Shown: positions 1 to 9,047 of the stretch, piece by piece
Layout: each line of letters starts with the position of its first letter
Numbering within the stretch: position 1 is the first letter of the stretch
Sequence record: NZ_CP010801.1
Source of the DNA: a plasmid
Reading direction: 5' to 3' (one strand)
DNA length: 64,000 nt
Translations under genes and position numbers: made by a program
The notes under the pieces: generated by a model
The model's database searches: none
What the model was told of the DNA's origin: nothing
The model's input: only the letters and a program-made list of their open reading frames with translations

Positions 1-71
1 TGTTGGCGCGCAGCTAAATTTGACCCACGGTTTTCATCTAAATTTGACCCACCCCGAGACGGCGTAAAGCG

Positions 72-869
72 TTACTGCGGTGTGGATAACTCTTCGTTTT
101 CTGCCTCCCTTGAGCCCTTTCGACGGGCTGGCCTAGCCTTCGCCGAGCTGGTCTTGAAGCGCCACGACTCGTTGCCGGTTTCAACGATGTGGCAGTGATG
201 CGTGAGGCGGTCGAGCAGCGCCGTGGTCATCTTGGCATCGCCGAACACGCTGGCCCACTCCCCGAAGCTCAGGTTGGTCGTGATCACCACGCTGGTGCGT
301 TCGTACAGCTTCGAGAGCAGGTGGAACAGTAGCGCGCCGGCGGTCTGGCTGAACGGAAGGTAGCCCAGTTCGTCGAGGATCACCAGATCGACATGCATAA
401 GCCGGTGCGCGAGCTGTCCGTGCTTGCCGGCAGCTTTTTCCAACTCCAGTGTGTTGGCCAGTTCGACCGTCGAGAAGTAGCGCACGCGCCTGCCGTGACG
501 CTGGATGGCCTCGATGCCGATGGCGGTTGCCAGATGCGTCTTGCCGGTGCCCGGCCCGCCGATGAGCACGACGTTGTGTGCGCTGTCGAGGAACTTCATC
601 TGGTACAGATCCCGGATCAGCCCTTCGTCGACACGGGCCTGCGCGAAGTCGAAGCCCTTCAGGTCGCGGTGCGCCGGGAACCGGGCGACGGCCATCTGGT
701 AGGCAATCGAGCGAACCTCGCGTTCAGCACCTTCGGCCATCAGCAATTGCTCCATGAAGCGCTCGGGATCGAACTCGGTATGTCGGGACTGCGCGTACAG
801 TTCAGTCCAGCCGCTGGCCATGCCGTGCAGCTTGAGTGCCTTGAGGCGGGCAACGATCTCATTGGACAT
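72..869 (-). CDS. istB: IS21 helper ATPase IstB
   Basis: Walker [14 protein letters not shown] and Walker [10 protein letters not shown]. Start [10 protein letters not shown] with GGAGA RBS. Overlaps the istA stop. Confidence 0.9.
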   Translation of the reverse strand: MSNEIVARLKALKLHGMASGWTELYAQSRHTEFDPERFMEQLLMAEGAEREVRSIAYQMAVARFPAHRDLKGFDFAQARVDEGLIRDLYQMKFLDSAHNVVLIGGPGTGKTHLATAIGIEAIQRHGRRVRYFSTVELANTLELEKAAGKHGQLAHRLMHVDLVILDELGYLPFSQTAGALLFHLLSKLYERTSVVITTNLSFGEWASVFGDAKMTTALLDRLTHHCHIVETGNESWRFKTSSAKARPARRKGSREAENEELSTPQ

Positions 870-2370
870 GCTGGTTCTCCGGTGCGCGCAGACGTTCATA
901 GCGGTTCACATCCGCGACAGGTTCTTCGGTCAGGCTGAGCGTGGTGGCGGCCACGATCCGGTGCTGCGCCGGCGCTTTCAGCCGGCTCAGCACGTTGAGC
1001 ACGTGATCACTGCTGGGCCGCCCTGAGTCGAGCGCGGCTTGCACCGCCACCAGCACGGCATCCAGGCCGTGTTCGCGAACGGCGGACAGCACCTGCGTCA
1101 TCACACGGTCGCCACCGGCGTGCTTGAGTAGATGCCCCTGAAGCTCCTGGAGAGGCTGCGGCATCGTGGCAAACGGCGCACCGTTGCGAAGCGCGCCTGG
1201 CTTGCGCTCGACCAGCGTGATGTAGTGCTGCCAGTCGTAGAACGTCAGGTACCGCTCGAAGCTGCGTTCGTGACGAGCTATCTCGCGACCGTCGGCAACG
1301 ACGCTCAGCAGCGCCGGATAGCACCGCACGCTCACGAGCTGGTTCACGAACTCGGTCGGCACGCTGTAGCGGTTGCGCTGGAAGTGGATCAGTCCCGTCG
1401 AGGACACCCGCAGGAACTGCTCGACGTAGCCGTCGAACGGGCGCGGGTTCGGCATCAGCCGGGGGCGTTCGTCCTGCAGCACATCCTCGACCATCAACTC
1501 GGGCCACTGCGGATGTGGTGCCCGCCATGCCTGCCGACACTGGTCGGCCACCCAGTCGTTCAACGCCGCCAGGGAAGCCCAGCGCCGTTGGGCCGCTTCG
1601 TGCCAGATCTGCCTGCGCCGGTCCTGCACGTTCTTCTCGACGATGCCTTTCTCCCAGCCCGAGGCCCGGTTGCAGAACTCCGGCTCGAACAGGTAGTGGC
1701 CGCACATCGCCTCGAAGCGGGCGTTGACCGTGCGCTCCTTGCCACGGCCAACCTTGTCCACCGCCGTCTTCATGTTGTCGTAGATGCCTCGGCGTGGCAC
1801 ACCGCCAAACGCGGCAAACGCCTTGGCGTGCGCGTCGAACAACATCTCGTGGCTTTGCGTGGGATAGGCGACCAGCCAGAACGCGCGGCTGGCGTTCAGC
1901 TTCACATGGGCGACTTCAAGACGTCGGCGCAGCCCGCCGACGAAGACATACTCGCAGCTCCAGTCGAACTGGAACGCTTCACCTGGCTCGAAGGCCAGCG
2001 GCACGAACGCTTTGCGTCGGGGAGCCTGGGCTTGTTGCTCTCGCCAGCGCCGAGCGAACTCGCTCACCCGCGTGTAGCTTCCGCTGTAGCCCTGTGCCCG
2101 GATCGCTTCAAACATGAAGCGCGCCGTGCGGCGCTCACGCTTCGGACGATGGCTGTCGGTGCGCAGCCATTCCTCAAGCTGCCCCGCCCATTCGTCCACC
2201 ACGCTCGGACTGACCCGCTTCGGGTACTTCGGCTCCGTCGCTTCTGGCTCTCGCAGCCACGACCGCACCGTGTTCCGGGACAACCCCGTTCGCCGTGCAA
2301 TTTCCCGCAACGGCACCTTCTCGCGGAAATACATCCGCCTGATCTTGGCCAACATGCCCACCGTGATCAC
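859..2370 (-). CDS. istA: IS21 transposase IstA
   Basis: 503 aa with an N-terminal HTH ([17 protein letters not shown]), a DDE transposase core and IS21 gene order. Confidence 0.9.
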   Translation of the reverse strand: MITVGMLAKIRRMYFREKVPLREIARRTGLSRNTVRSWLREPEATEPKYPKRVSPSVVDEWAGQLEEWLRTDSHRPKRERRTARFMFEAIRAQGYSGSYTRVSEFARRWREQQAQAPRRKAFVPLAFEPGEAFQFDWSCEYVFVGGLRRRLEVAHVKLNASRAFWLVAYPTQSHEMLFDAHAKAFAAFGGVPRRGIYDNMKTAVDKVGRGKERTVNARFEAMCGHYLFEPEFCNRASGWEKGIVEKNVQDRRRQIWHEAAQRRWASLAALNDWVADQCRQAWRAPHPQWPELMVEDVLQDERPRLMPNPRPFDGYVEQFLRVSSTGLIHFQRNRYSVPTEFVNQLVSVRCYPALLSVVADGREIARHERSFERYLTFYDWQHYITLVERKPGALRNGAPFATMPQPLQELQGHLLKHAGGDRVMTQVLSAVREHGLDAVLVAVQAALDSGRPSSDHVLNVLSRLKAPAQHRIVAATTLSLTEEPVADVNRYERLRAPENQHVQ

Positions 2371-2489
2371 CTCCGTATCCCCTGCTCAAAAAATGAGCAG
2401 AACATTCAATCACGTGGGTCAAATTTCGATGCAAATCACCCCGCCAGGTGGGTCAATTCTGCTCGCGCGTTAACACAGAAAGGACTCAT

Positions 2490-2697
2490 CATGCGTAAAG
2501 AGAGCAAGATTGTTGAAACGGTCGGCGAACTGCGGGCCTACATCGAAGGCGTGCCGGACGATGTGCCGATTGGCCGACTGACCAACGGCCACTACCAGGT
2601 CTATAAGGTAGGAGATGTTGGTGCGTTCCTGGGTCAGTTGCCTGTCGGCAGGCCCGGCGAGGAAGTTCAGCAGGTCATCCTGCACATCAGCGCATGA
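2490..2697 (+). CDS. small hypothetical protein (69 aa), possibly the remnant 3' gene of an operon interrupted by the IS
   Basis: ATG MRKESKIVETVGELRAYIEG lies just outside the IS end and is followed by two tandem hairpin+T terminators (2735-2830). Confidence 0.35.
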
Positions 2698-2839
2698 CGC
2701 AACTCCGCAAGCCCATCTAACCACGCAACCTGCTATACGCCCGCCACGTCTCCTTCGGGAGGCTGGCGGGTTTTTCATTTGGGGCACGGGCATGTAGGTC
2801 GTTGAGCCCGTGTGCCCGGTTTTTTATTGGCCTCCATCC

Positions 2840-2873
2840 GGCAACCATGCAGGAAACCGGCATTTCGTCGGAC
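2840..2873 (+). promoter_or_regulatory. conserved upstream box+hairpin motif, instance a
   Basis: GGCAACCATGCAGGAAACCGGCATTTCGTCGGAC. Confidence 0.6.
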
Positions 2874-2887
2874 CTATGGAGACCATC

Positions 2888-3571
2888 ATGATCAAAGCAA
2901 TTCAACTGCTGCACTACGCTATGACTGCCTTGCGCGACCTCGAGGCCGGCTACCCGCCGCGAGAGATCGCATCGCCCGAAGGCAACGGGCTGCAATGCCT
3001 GGTCGGCGCGATTGCCAACCAGCTGTCCGCACTTGGCGCCCTGGACGCCAACGACCGGCAAGGCCTCGTGGACGTGTTCCCGGGCATCGAGATCCAGCAA
3101 CCGGGGCTCAGTTCGGACAGTGCGAGCACGCTGCTGGCTGCGCTCGTCGGGGATGGCCTGCGTTTTGGCGACTGTCTGGCCGCGTTTGCAAGCGAGCCGG
3201 ACGATCCATTCGCGCAGGCCGCTCGTGAAAACTACCAGTCCGGGTCTGACGGCGACATCGATCTCGACGACCGGCCGGTGCTGTCGCCATCGGACGACGG
3301 TGCGTACGTGCTCGCATGGGTATGGGTGAGCAAAGAGGATGCGGGCATCTCCCAGGAGGATGACGCGGACGAGAGCCTGAGCCCGATTCCGACTCCCTTT
3401 ACCGACAAGTCCATCAGCGATGATGACCTGTGCTCGGATTGCAAGCACTGCACCTACAGTCCAGGCGAGAGCTCGTCGTGCGGCAAGGGATGGCCGGGGC
3501 TGGTCGACAGTTCGGGCTATGTGCGCAAGTGTGATGCTTTCGAGGCAGCCGAGACGCTGGACGTGTCATGA
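2888..3571 (+). CDS. hypothetical protein, acidic with a Cys-rich C-terminus
   Basis: ORF with conserved upstream motif (2840-2873). GGAGA RBS before MIKAIQLL. C-terminal CSDCKHC...SSCGKGW. Confidence 0.5.
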   Translation: MIKAIQLLHYAMTALRDLEAGYPPREIASPEGNGLQCLVGAIANQLSALGALDANDRQGLVDVFPGIEIQQPGLSSDSASTLLAALVGDGLRFGDCLAAFASEPDDPFAQAARENYQSGSDGDIDLDDRPVLSPSDDGAYVLAWVWVSKEDAGISQEDDADESLSPIPTPFTDKSISDDDLCSDCKHCTYSPGESSSCGKGWPGLVDSSGYVRKCDAFEAAETLDVS

Positions 3572-3993
3572 AATCGGTGAATACGAGAGACCTCGTTGGC
3601 GCTGCGCTTGATTGGGCAGTGGCAATGTGCGAAGGTCTGGAGCCCACCATCACAGAGGGTCGGCGTATCTGGATCGGCTCAAAGCGCCCATTCGACCCGT
3701 CGGTTAGCTGGGCAGACGCCGGGCCAATCATTGCGCGCGAAGCCATCGGCATTCGCAGGCATGCCGGGTCGCACCTCTGGTTCGCCATGCGCAGTGCCGA
3801 TATGGGCAATGGTCAAACGGTCGACTGGGCTGAGCACACAGTTAGCGGTGGCAAGCGCTACGGTGGCCACTCCTATCAGGTCCATAAGCGCCAGCAGCGA
3901 TTTGACGGTCATACCGCTCTCATCGCGGCGATGCGTTGTTGGGTAGGCACCAAGCTGGGGCCGACGGTTGAAGTCCCGGCCGTCCTGATTTGA
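3568..3993 (+). CDS. hypothetical protein (141 aa)
   Basis: ATGA start/stop overlap with the previous gene. Terminator follows at 4006-4040. Confidence 0.5.
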   Translation: MKSVNTRDLVGAALDWAVAMCEGLEPTITEGRRIWIGSKRPFDPSVSWADAGPIIAREAIGIRRHAGSHLWFAMRSADMGNGQTVDWAEHTVSGGKRYGGHSYQVHKRQQRFDGHTALIAAMRCWVGTKLGPTVEVPAVLI

Positions 3994-4005
3994 TCTGCAG
4001 CACTA

Positions 4006-4040
4006 CACCCATCTCCTCACGAGGAGATGGGTTTTTCTTT
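4006..4040 (+). terminator. rho-independent terminator
   Basis: CACCCATCTCCTCACGAGGAGATGGGTTTTTCTTT. Confidence 0.7.
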
Positions 4041-4049
4041 GGTGGCAGC

Positions 4050-4083
4050 TGACAACCATACCTGAACGCCGGCATTCCGCCGG
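4050..4083 (+). promoter_or_regulatory. conserved upstream motif, instance b
   Basis: TGACAACCATACCTGAACGCCGGCATTCCGCCGG, 20 nt before ATG 4103. Confidence 0.7.
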
Positions 4084-4102
4084 ACACTCAGGAGCCAGAT
4101 CT

Positions 4103-5044
4103 ATGAGCAACACCATCGAAAATCTCTTCGGCATTCCCGGCGCGAGCGCCCCCATCCAGGTGCGTGAGCGCATTGACGGCATCCCGGCGCAGGCCTATCC
4201 GGCAGTATCCGCTGGGTATGTGTTCCAGCTGCTTCTTCTCAAGAAGCTGCTGCGCTTTCTGCTGGGCAACCCGGCTCGGCGCAACGCGATGCTCATCGGC
4301 GAACCGGGGGTCGGCAAGACTTCGATCGTCAATGAAATTGCCTCGCGCCTGAACATCCCCGTGTTCAGTCTGGCCTGTTCGGGCAAGACGCGGTTCTCTC
4401 ACATGGTCGGGGGTTACGAGATCGTGGGTGGCAACACACAGTGGCGCGATGGCCCGCTTGTCATGGCCATGCGCCATGGCGGTATCTTTCTGGCCAACGA
4501 AATCACTCGCCTGGACTCTGGTGAGCAGATGAACCTGGCCGAAGTTCTGGACAGTCGCGCTTCGATCACCATTCCGGACACGGGAGAGGTGGTGATGGCC
4601 GATCCGAATTTCCGCTTCATTGCCACCGGTAACTCCGGCGGCTATGGCGACGATTCGGGCGTGTACCAGGGCGAGCGCATCAGTTCGGTCGCGTTTCTGG
4701 ACCGCTTTCAGGTGTTCAAGGTCGGACACATGGATGCCACAGATGAGCAGGCCCTGCTGCAGAAGCTTGCGCCCAGTCTTCCGGTTGCGATTGTGGAAGG
4801 CATGGTCAAACTGGCCGGCGAGGTTCGCAAGAACTTCGTAGGTCGCGGCGGCACGCTGCGCGTGATCATGTCCACCCGTTCGCTTTGCGTCTGGGCCATG
4901 GAGACGGTCGGCTACAGCAAGATCAGCGGGATCGTCGATTCGGCACGTGAAGCGCTTCTGGATACCAGCCTGAACGGTGCGCCGGAAGATGAAGCCAGCG
5001 CGGTCCTCGAAATCTGGGATCGCTGGGTCAAGGAAGGGGCGTAA
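4103..5044 (+). CDS. AAA+ ATPase, MoxR/CbbQ/CobS-like (AAA_5 type)
   Basis: Walker A GEPGVGKTS, Walker B IFLANEITRLD and an arginine finger region. 313 aa. Upstream conserved motif and AGGAG RBS. Confidence 0.8.
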   Translation: MSNTIENLFGIPGASAPIQVRERIDGIPAQAYPAVSAGYVFQLLLLKKLLRFLLGNPARRNAMLIGEPGVGKTSIVNEIASRLNIPVFSLACSGKTRFSHMVGGYEIVGGNTQWRDGPLVMAMRHGGIFLANEITRLDSGEQMNLAEVLDSRASITIPDTGEVVMADPNFRFIATGNSGGYGDDSGVYQGERISSVAFLDRFQVFKVGHMDATDEQALLQKLAPSLPVAIVEGMVKLAGEVRKNFVGRGGTLRVIMSTRSLCVWAMETVGYSKISGIVDSAREALLDTSLNGAPEDEASAVLEIWDRWVKEGA

Positions 5045-5110
5045 GCCTGCACTGCTTCAAAAGGCCCACTCTGCTGTTCGCAGGGTGGGCTTTTTCTATT
5101 GCCGGATAGC

Positions 5111-5148
5111 AACAACCACTCTCGATTCATGGAGCGGCCGAAGGCCGC
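5111..5148 (+). promoter_or_regulatory. conserved upstream motif, variant instance c
   Basis: AACAACCACTCTCGATTCATGGAGCGGCCGAAGGCCGC (different hairpin, same box). Confidence 0.45.
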
Positions 5149-5186
5149 AATCATTCCAATCCCTGTGGGCAACCGGAGATCTTGTC

Positions 5187-5384
5187 ATGCACTTTCAAAT
5201 TCGAATCACTCGCGAAGGCTCAGGCCGCTTTCTAGTCATGTGCGGAGAGCGCCGCGCTGGGACCGTCCTCGGTGGCGGGGCGAACTGGAGCGCTGAGACG
5301 GCCGCCGGTAGCGCGCTCGGCCGCTTCTCCAGTAAGGCGCGCGCGATCGAAGCCCTCGTGGCACACGTCGCGCAAGGACGCTAG
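5187..5384 (+). CDS. small hypothetical protein (65 aa)
   Basis: MHFQIRITREGSGRF. Preceded by a terminator and a variant of the upstream motif (AACAACCA...GCGGCCGAAGGCCGC). Confidence 0.4.
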   Translation: MHFQIRITREGSGRFLVMCGERRAGTVLGGGANWSAETAAGSALGRFSSKARAIEALVAHVAQGR

Positions 5385-5441
5385 CATGCCAAAACACAAC
5401 CGGGCGCCTCCGTGAGGCCCCGGTTTTTCTTCGTCCATATC

Positions 5442-5477
5442 TGACAATTACTCCCTGAACCCCGGCGCATTGCCGGA
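5442..5477 (+). promoter_or_regulatory. conserved upstream motif, instance d
   Basis: TGACAATTACTCCCTGAACCCCGGCGCATTGCCGG. Confidence 0.6.
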
Positions 5478-5495
5478 ACTACAAGGAGTAGTGTC

Positions 5496-6470
5496 ATGAC
5501 GCAAGAAAGCATTCTCAAGAACGTTGTGGTTTTCGCCCCGGATCTGCGCGCGATCAGCGGTACGGTCTCCAAGGACACGGGCGCTGAGAATGGTCCGGCG
5601 TTCACGGGTGGCTCCGTTCGTTACATCGATCCCGAGACGCTGACCGGCCTGGGCACCATCCGCTCCCGTATGGCGCGCATCTGCCGCAGCATGGGCGTGC
5701 GTTTCTTGTCGGGCTGGGCGGTGCCGGAGGATGCCGCAGGCACACTTCAGGCGCTGCTGGCACCGACGGTTGAAGATGCTCGCCAAGCCATCTCTGCGTT
5801 CCTCGACAAGTTCGAGGAAAGCAAGGAGCAATGGCTCGACGATCACCCGGAGATCGGGCCCTACCAAGGCCGGTTCCCGACAATCGACGACGCGCGCGCT
5901 CGTATGGGCGTGTCGGTGGCAATCTACAAGATCGACAACAGCGTGGTAGCCAACGCGAATCCGGCAGAAGACGGCGTGTTGGTCGAGCTCGGCGTACTGC
6001 CGCGGCGCGCCCTGGAAGAAATCGCCCAGGACGTCCGCACTTCGTGGGATCCGTCCCGGGGCGTGGCCGGCAAAAAGACGCTGGGGATCGTTCACCGAAT
6101 CCGGGAGAAACTGCGCACGCTGGAATTCCTGGGCGGAAATCTGGGGCAAGCGGCCAGGCTCATCGAGGCGACTCTTCAACGGTTGCCTGATAGTGGCAAG
6201 ATCGAAGGCACGGACTACGCGATCCTCGCTGCGCTGATGGGTGCCCTGGAGCGGCCTGACTTCCTGGTCAGCATCTCCAGCAACCTACCCGACCAGATTG
6301 ACCCGGCCCTGCTGCTCGGGGTACGTCAAGCTCAGGCTCAAGTCGCTACGCTGGACCTGAACTGGCAAGCTGCCTTGCCTGAAGAAGCGCCGATTCAGGC
6401 GAACCAACCAGAGTCCACCGCAGTCGCCACGGTTCAAGTTGAGGAACCTGTGGAAGCCTGGTCCTGGTGA
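5496..6470 (+). CDS. conserved hypothetical protein (324 aa) sandwiched between the AAA+ and VWA genes
   Basis: Own upstream motif (5442-5477) and AAGGAG RBS. No recognisable catalytic motifs. Confidence 0.6.
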   Translation: MTQESILKNVVVFAPDLRAISGTVSKDTGAENGPAFTGGSVRYIDPETLTGLGTIRSRMARICRSMGVRFLSGWAVPEDAAGTLQALLAPTVEDARQAISAFLDKFEESKEQWLDDHPEIGPYQGRFPTIDDARARMGVSVAIYKIDNSVVANANPAEDGVLVELGVLPRRALEEIAQDVRTSWDPSRGVAGKKTLGIVHRIREKLRTLEFLGGNLGQAARLIEATLQRLPDSGKIEGTDYAILAALMGALERPDFLVSISSNLPDQIDPALLLGVRQAQAQVATLDLNWQAALPEEAPIQANQPESTAVATVQVEEPVEAWSW

Positions 6471-6493
6471 GGGACAGATCAGTCCACAACACG

Positions 6494-6535
6494 AACCCGC
6501 CGCGCGATGTATGTCGCCGGCGGGTTTTTTCTTTT
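6494..6535 (+). terminator. rho-independent terminator, sequence-similar to the one at 31322
   Basis: AACCCGCCGCGCGATGTATGTCGCCGGCGGGTTTTTTCTTTT. Confidence 0.7.
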
Positions 6536-6543
6536 CCTCGAGC

Positions 6544-6577
6544 GGACAACCAATCGTGAACGCTGGCATTTCGCCAG
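6544..6577 (+). promoter_or_regulatory. conserved upstream motif, instance e
   Basis: GGACAACCAATCGTGAACGCTGGCATTTCGCCAG, 20 nt before ATG 6597. Confidence 0.7.
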
Positions 6578-6596
6578 AACCAAACAGGAGCTCAAG

Positions 6597-8363
6597 ATGG
6601 TCAATCTTTCGATTCTCGCAAACATGCTTGCACGTCAGGCTGGGATGCAGGTCGTCTGGGACAGCAACGCCCCGACCTTCGCAATCAGGAAGGAACCCAG
6701 TGGCACGATGACAGTGATTATTCCGCCGTCGCTGGCGGCTGTGGATCCTGCTGAAGTTGTGCCGATGAGCGCCATGCTCCGAGGCGCGATGGCCCACGAA
6801 GCCCTTGGACATGGCCGACACACCGATTTTTCGGTGTGGGGTAGCACTGCGTTTGCACAGTCCTTGGCCAACGTGCTAGAGGACGTGCGTATCGAAGCGC
6901 TAGCGCCGAGGGAGCTCCCGGGTGCCCGCAAGATCCTTGCGGAGATGGCGGGCGAAGTGGATGCTCGTGGATTCTGGGATCCGACCGCTGACGTACATAG
7001 TTGCATCGGTCTGGGCATCCTGCGTACCCTGCGCACGGAAATCCTCAGGCAGCCCCTCGATCTGGCCAAGAATGCCACGTGCGAGAAGGGCATGCGAGGC
7101 GCGCTCGGCGATGCACTGACCGACGAGGTCATGGTGGTTGCACGTCGCGGTGCGACAGGCTCATCGACGAGAGAGGCTGTGGAGGCTGCGGAGGAGATCT
7201 GCAGGTTGCTTCAACAGCCCCAGCAGCAACCCCAGAGCCAGCAACCCCAGGCTCAAAGTCAGCAAAGTACGGCGGGGCAGCAGGGCGGCGCCGGAAACGG
7301 GCAAAGCCAACCATCGCAGCCAGGCCATTCTGGCAGTACCCAGGCGGACCAGTCGGGCCAGTCTGTGGCGCCTGGGAAAGACGGACAGGGCGCGCAAGGG
7401 GCGAACGGGAGTCATCAGGATGCCGGTCAGGGTGCTGGTGGTGACCTCGCATCGAGCGGCGGTGGGCAACCTGACATTGGGAAAACCAATGCACAGGGAG
7501 CCACAGGCAATGGCCAGGGACGTGGTGGCAACGAGTTCAAGTTCAATCCCAATGCCACGTTCAACGTCTCGCCGGAAGACGTGATCAAGGAATGGGTCGC
7601 CACAAACGACGACTCCACCTACGTCAAGCCAGCTGGTGATTTGCGCAAGACGCGGAACAGTCAGCCAAAGAGCTCACGACCGATCAGCAGCATGGCTCAT
7701 AAGCTGCGCACGCGCATGCGTGACCTGTTGCAGGCGCAAGCCGAAGACGAGGACGATGCTGCTGGCGAAACTGGCCGGCTGCTATCCGTTTCGATGCTGC
7801 CCGCGCGCTTGGGAAAGCGCGACGTGTTCTACGAGGAGGGTGATACCGCACCGGGCCTGGACACGGCGATCGAGATCATGGTCGATGCGTCTGGTTCCAT
7901 GAGCGGTATTACCACTGTCGTCACGGACTGCCTCATGGCTGTAGGCGATGCCTGCGCGGAGTTCAACGGCCTGGTGGATGTCTCGATGTCATTCTTCAAC
8001 GACGGACGGACAGTCTTGCTCAAGCATGACGAAACCTGGAAGGCGCACCGCAGTCAGATCGCCGCGTGTTACCGGCCCACTGGCGGGACGATGTGGGCAA
8101 GCTCTGCCATGACAGCCCTAGCCAGCGTGGCAAGCTCTCGGCGTAATCGCAAGATCGTGCTGACCATCACCGACGGTGATTTCGGGGCTGCGCAAGACGT
8201 CATCGAGACCGCCAAGATGGCCAACATCGAACTGGCCAACGTCGTGATCGGTAGCGACCAGAAGGTTCCAGGGATGGTCGTAGAGAACGTGGTGAACTGG
8301 CACCCAGACGCGTTCGTCAATGCGACGTTCAGAGCCATTCAGCGCGCAATGCGCCCGCAGTAA
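6597..8363 (+). CDS. von Willebrand factor A (VWA) domain protein, CobT-like, with a Q/G-rich low-complexity linker
   Basis: MIDAS motif DASGSMSG at about aa 455-462. HExxH-like AMAHEALGHGRH near the N-terminus. QQPQQQPQSQQ...GQGAQGANG linker. Confidence 0.75.
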   Translation: MVNLSILANMLARQAGMQVVWDSNAPTFAIRKEPSGTMTVIIPPSLAAVDPAEVVPMSAMLRGAMAHEALGHGRHTDFSVWGSTAFAQSLANVLEDVRIEALAPRELPGARKILAEMAGEVDARGFWDPTADVHSCIGLGILRTLRTEILRQPLDLAKNATCEKGMRGALGDALTDEVMVVARRGATGSSTREAVEAAEEICRLLQQPQQQPQSQQPQAQSQQSTAGQQGGAGNGQSQPSQPGHSGSTQADQSGQSVAPGKDGQGAQGANGSHQDAGQGAGGDLASSGGGQPDIGKTNAQGATGNGQGRGGNEFKFNPNATFNVSPEDVIKEWVATNDDSTYVKPAGDLRKTRNSQPKSSRPISSMAHKLRTRMRDLLQAQAEDEDDAAGETGRLLSVSMLPARLGKRDVFYEEGDTAPGLDTAIEIMVDASGSMSGITTVVTDCLMAVGDACAEFNGLVDVSMSFFNDGRTVLLKHDETWKAHRSQIAACYRPTGGTMWASSAMTALASVASSRRNRKIVLTITDGDFGAAQDVIETAKMANIELANVVIGSDQKVPGMVVENVVNWHPDAFVNATFRAIQRAMRPQ

Positions 8364-8366
8364 AGG

Positions 8367-8412
8367 AAAACCCCGGACAGTCGCGTAAGCGGCTTCCGGG
8401 GTCTTTTTTTTG
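8367..8412. terminator. bidirectional terminator between convergent genes
   Basis: AAAACCCCGGACAGTCGCGTAAGCGGCTTCCGGGGTCTTTTTTTT. Confidence 0.7.
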
Positions 8413-8441
8413 ATACCAGCAGATCTGGCGCGGATGCGCCG

Positions 8442-9044
8442 TCAATTAGCCGCTTGCTTTTCCAGTACGCGTGCGCGAGCGTTATTCAAGAGCCGCTCCA
8501 CGTTCGTGACGATCGCTTCGTAGCGCAGGATCTGCTGCGGCTGCGGCTTGATTTCGCCAGACAGCCAGCGGCTGACGGTCGACTTGTTCACACCAATTTG
8601 GTTAGCAAACTCGGTGATGTTGCCAAACGGGATGTCCATTCGCAGGCACCAGTTCTTCACGATCTGCTGCATCGTGCGACCAGCGAACGGTTCGAGCGCC
8701 TTCAGGCGATCACGGTCCGCTACCAGTAGCTCTTGCGCGCGATTCAGGATTTCCTCATTGACATGCAATACCTTGCCGTACTCGTACGAGCAGTAGGTTA
8801 CGTATTGCAAGTTCAGGTTGGAGGCCATTTCCATCATGCTGACGCCAAGCGTCTTGCGGATGTCGCGCAGAATCTTCCCCGCCTCGCTCTTGGGGACGTG
8901 ACCGTGCCTGCGTTTGGCCGATTGATCCTGGCGCGGGGCTTCTTGCAGAACCTTTTTCGACACCTCTTCGGTGTCATCGGGAATCATCCGAAAAGGTGCG
9001 GAATCGTCTTCAACCTGATCGTGAATTTGCTTGGAGATCGACAT
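8442..9044 (-). CDS. transcriptional regulator with two XRE-type HTH domains
   Basis: ILRDIRKTLGVSMMEMASNLNLQYVTYCSYEYG and ITEFANQIGVNKSTVSRWLSG. Confidence 0.6.
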   Translation of the reverse strand: MSISKQIHDQVEDDSAPFRMIPDDTEEVSKKVLQEAPRQDQSAKRRHGHVPKSEAGKILRDIRKTLGVSMMEMASNLNLQYVTYCSYEYGKVLHVNEEILNRAQELLVADRDRLKALEPFAGRTMQQIVKNWCLRMDIPFGNITEFANQIGVNKSTVSRWLSGEIKPQPQQILRYEAIVTNVERLLNNARARVLEKQAAN

Positions 9045-9047
9045 CGC

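Larger units (their letters stand above)
1..2475. mobile_element. IS21-family insertion sequence (istA+istB), apparently complete
   Basis: IstA and IstB ORFs present. Both termini (1-60 and ~2400-2475) carry multiple AAATTTGACCCAC-like repeats in inverted orientation: TGTTGGCGCGCAGC... at the left, ...GCTCGCGCGTTAACA at the right. No flanking target duplication is visible because the window starts at the IS end. Confidence 0.85.

Noticed and set aside
1007-2697. Long ORFs overlapping istA/istB on both strands (1007-1705 minus, 1132-2697 plus, and others)
   Set aside because: Arg/Ala/Pro-rich translations typical of out-of-frame reading in high-GC DNA. IstA and IstB are the well-supported genes.
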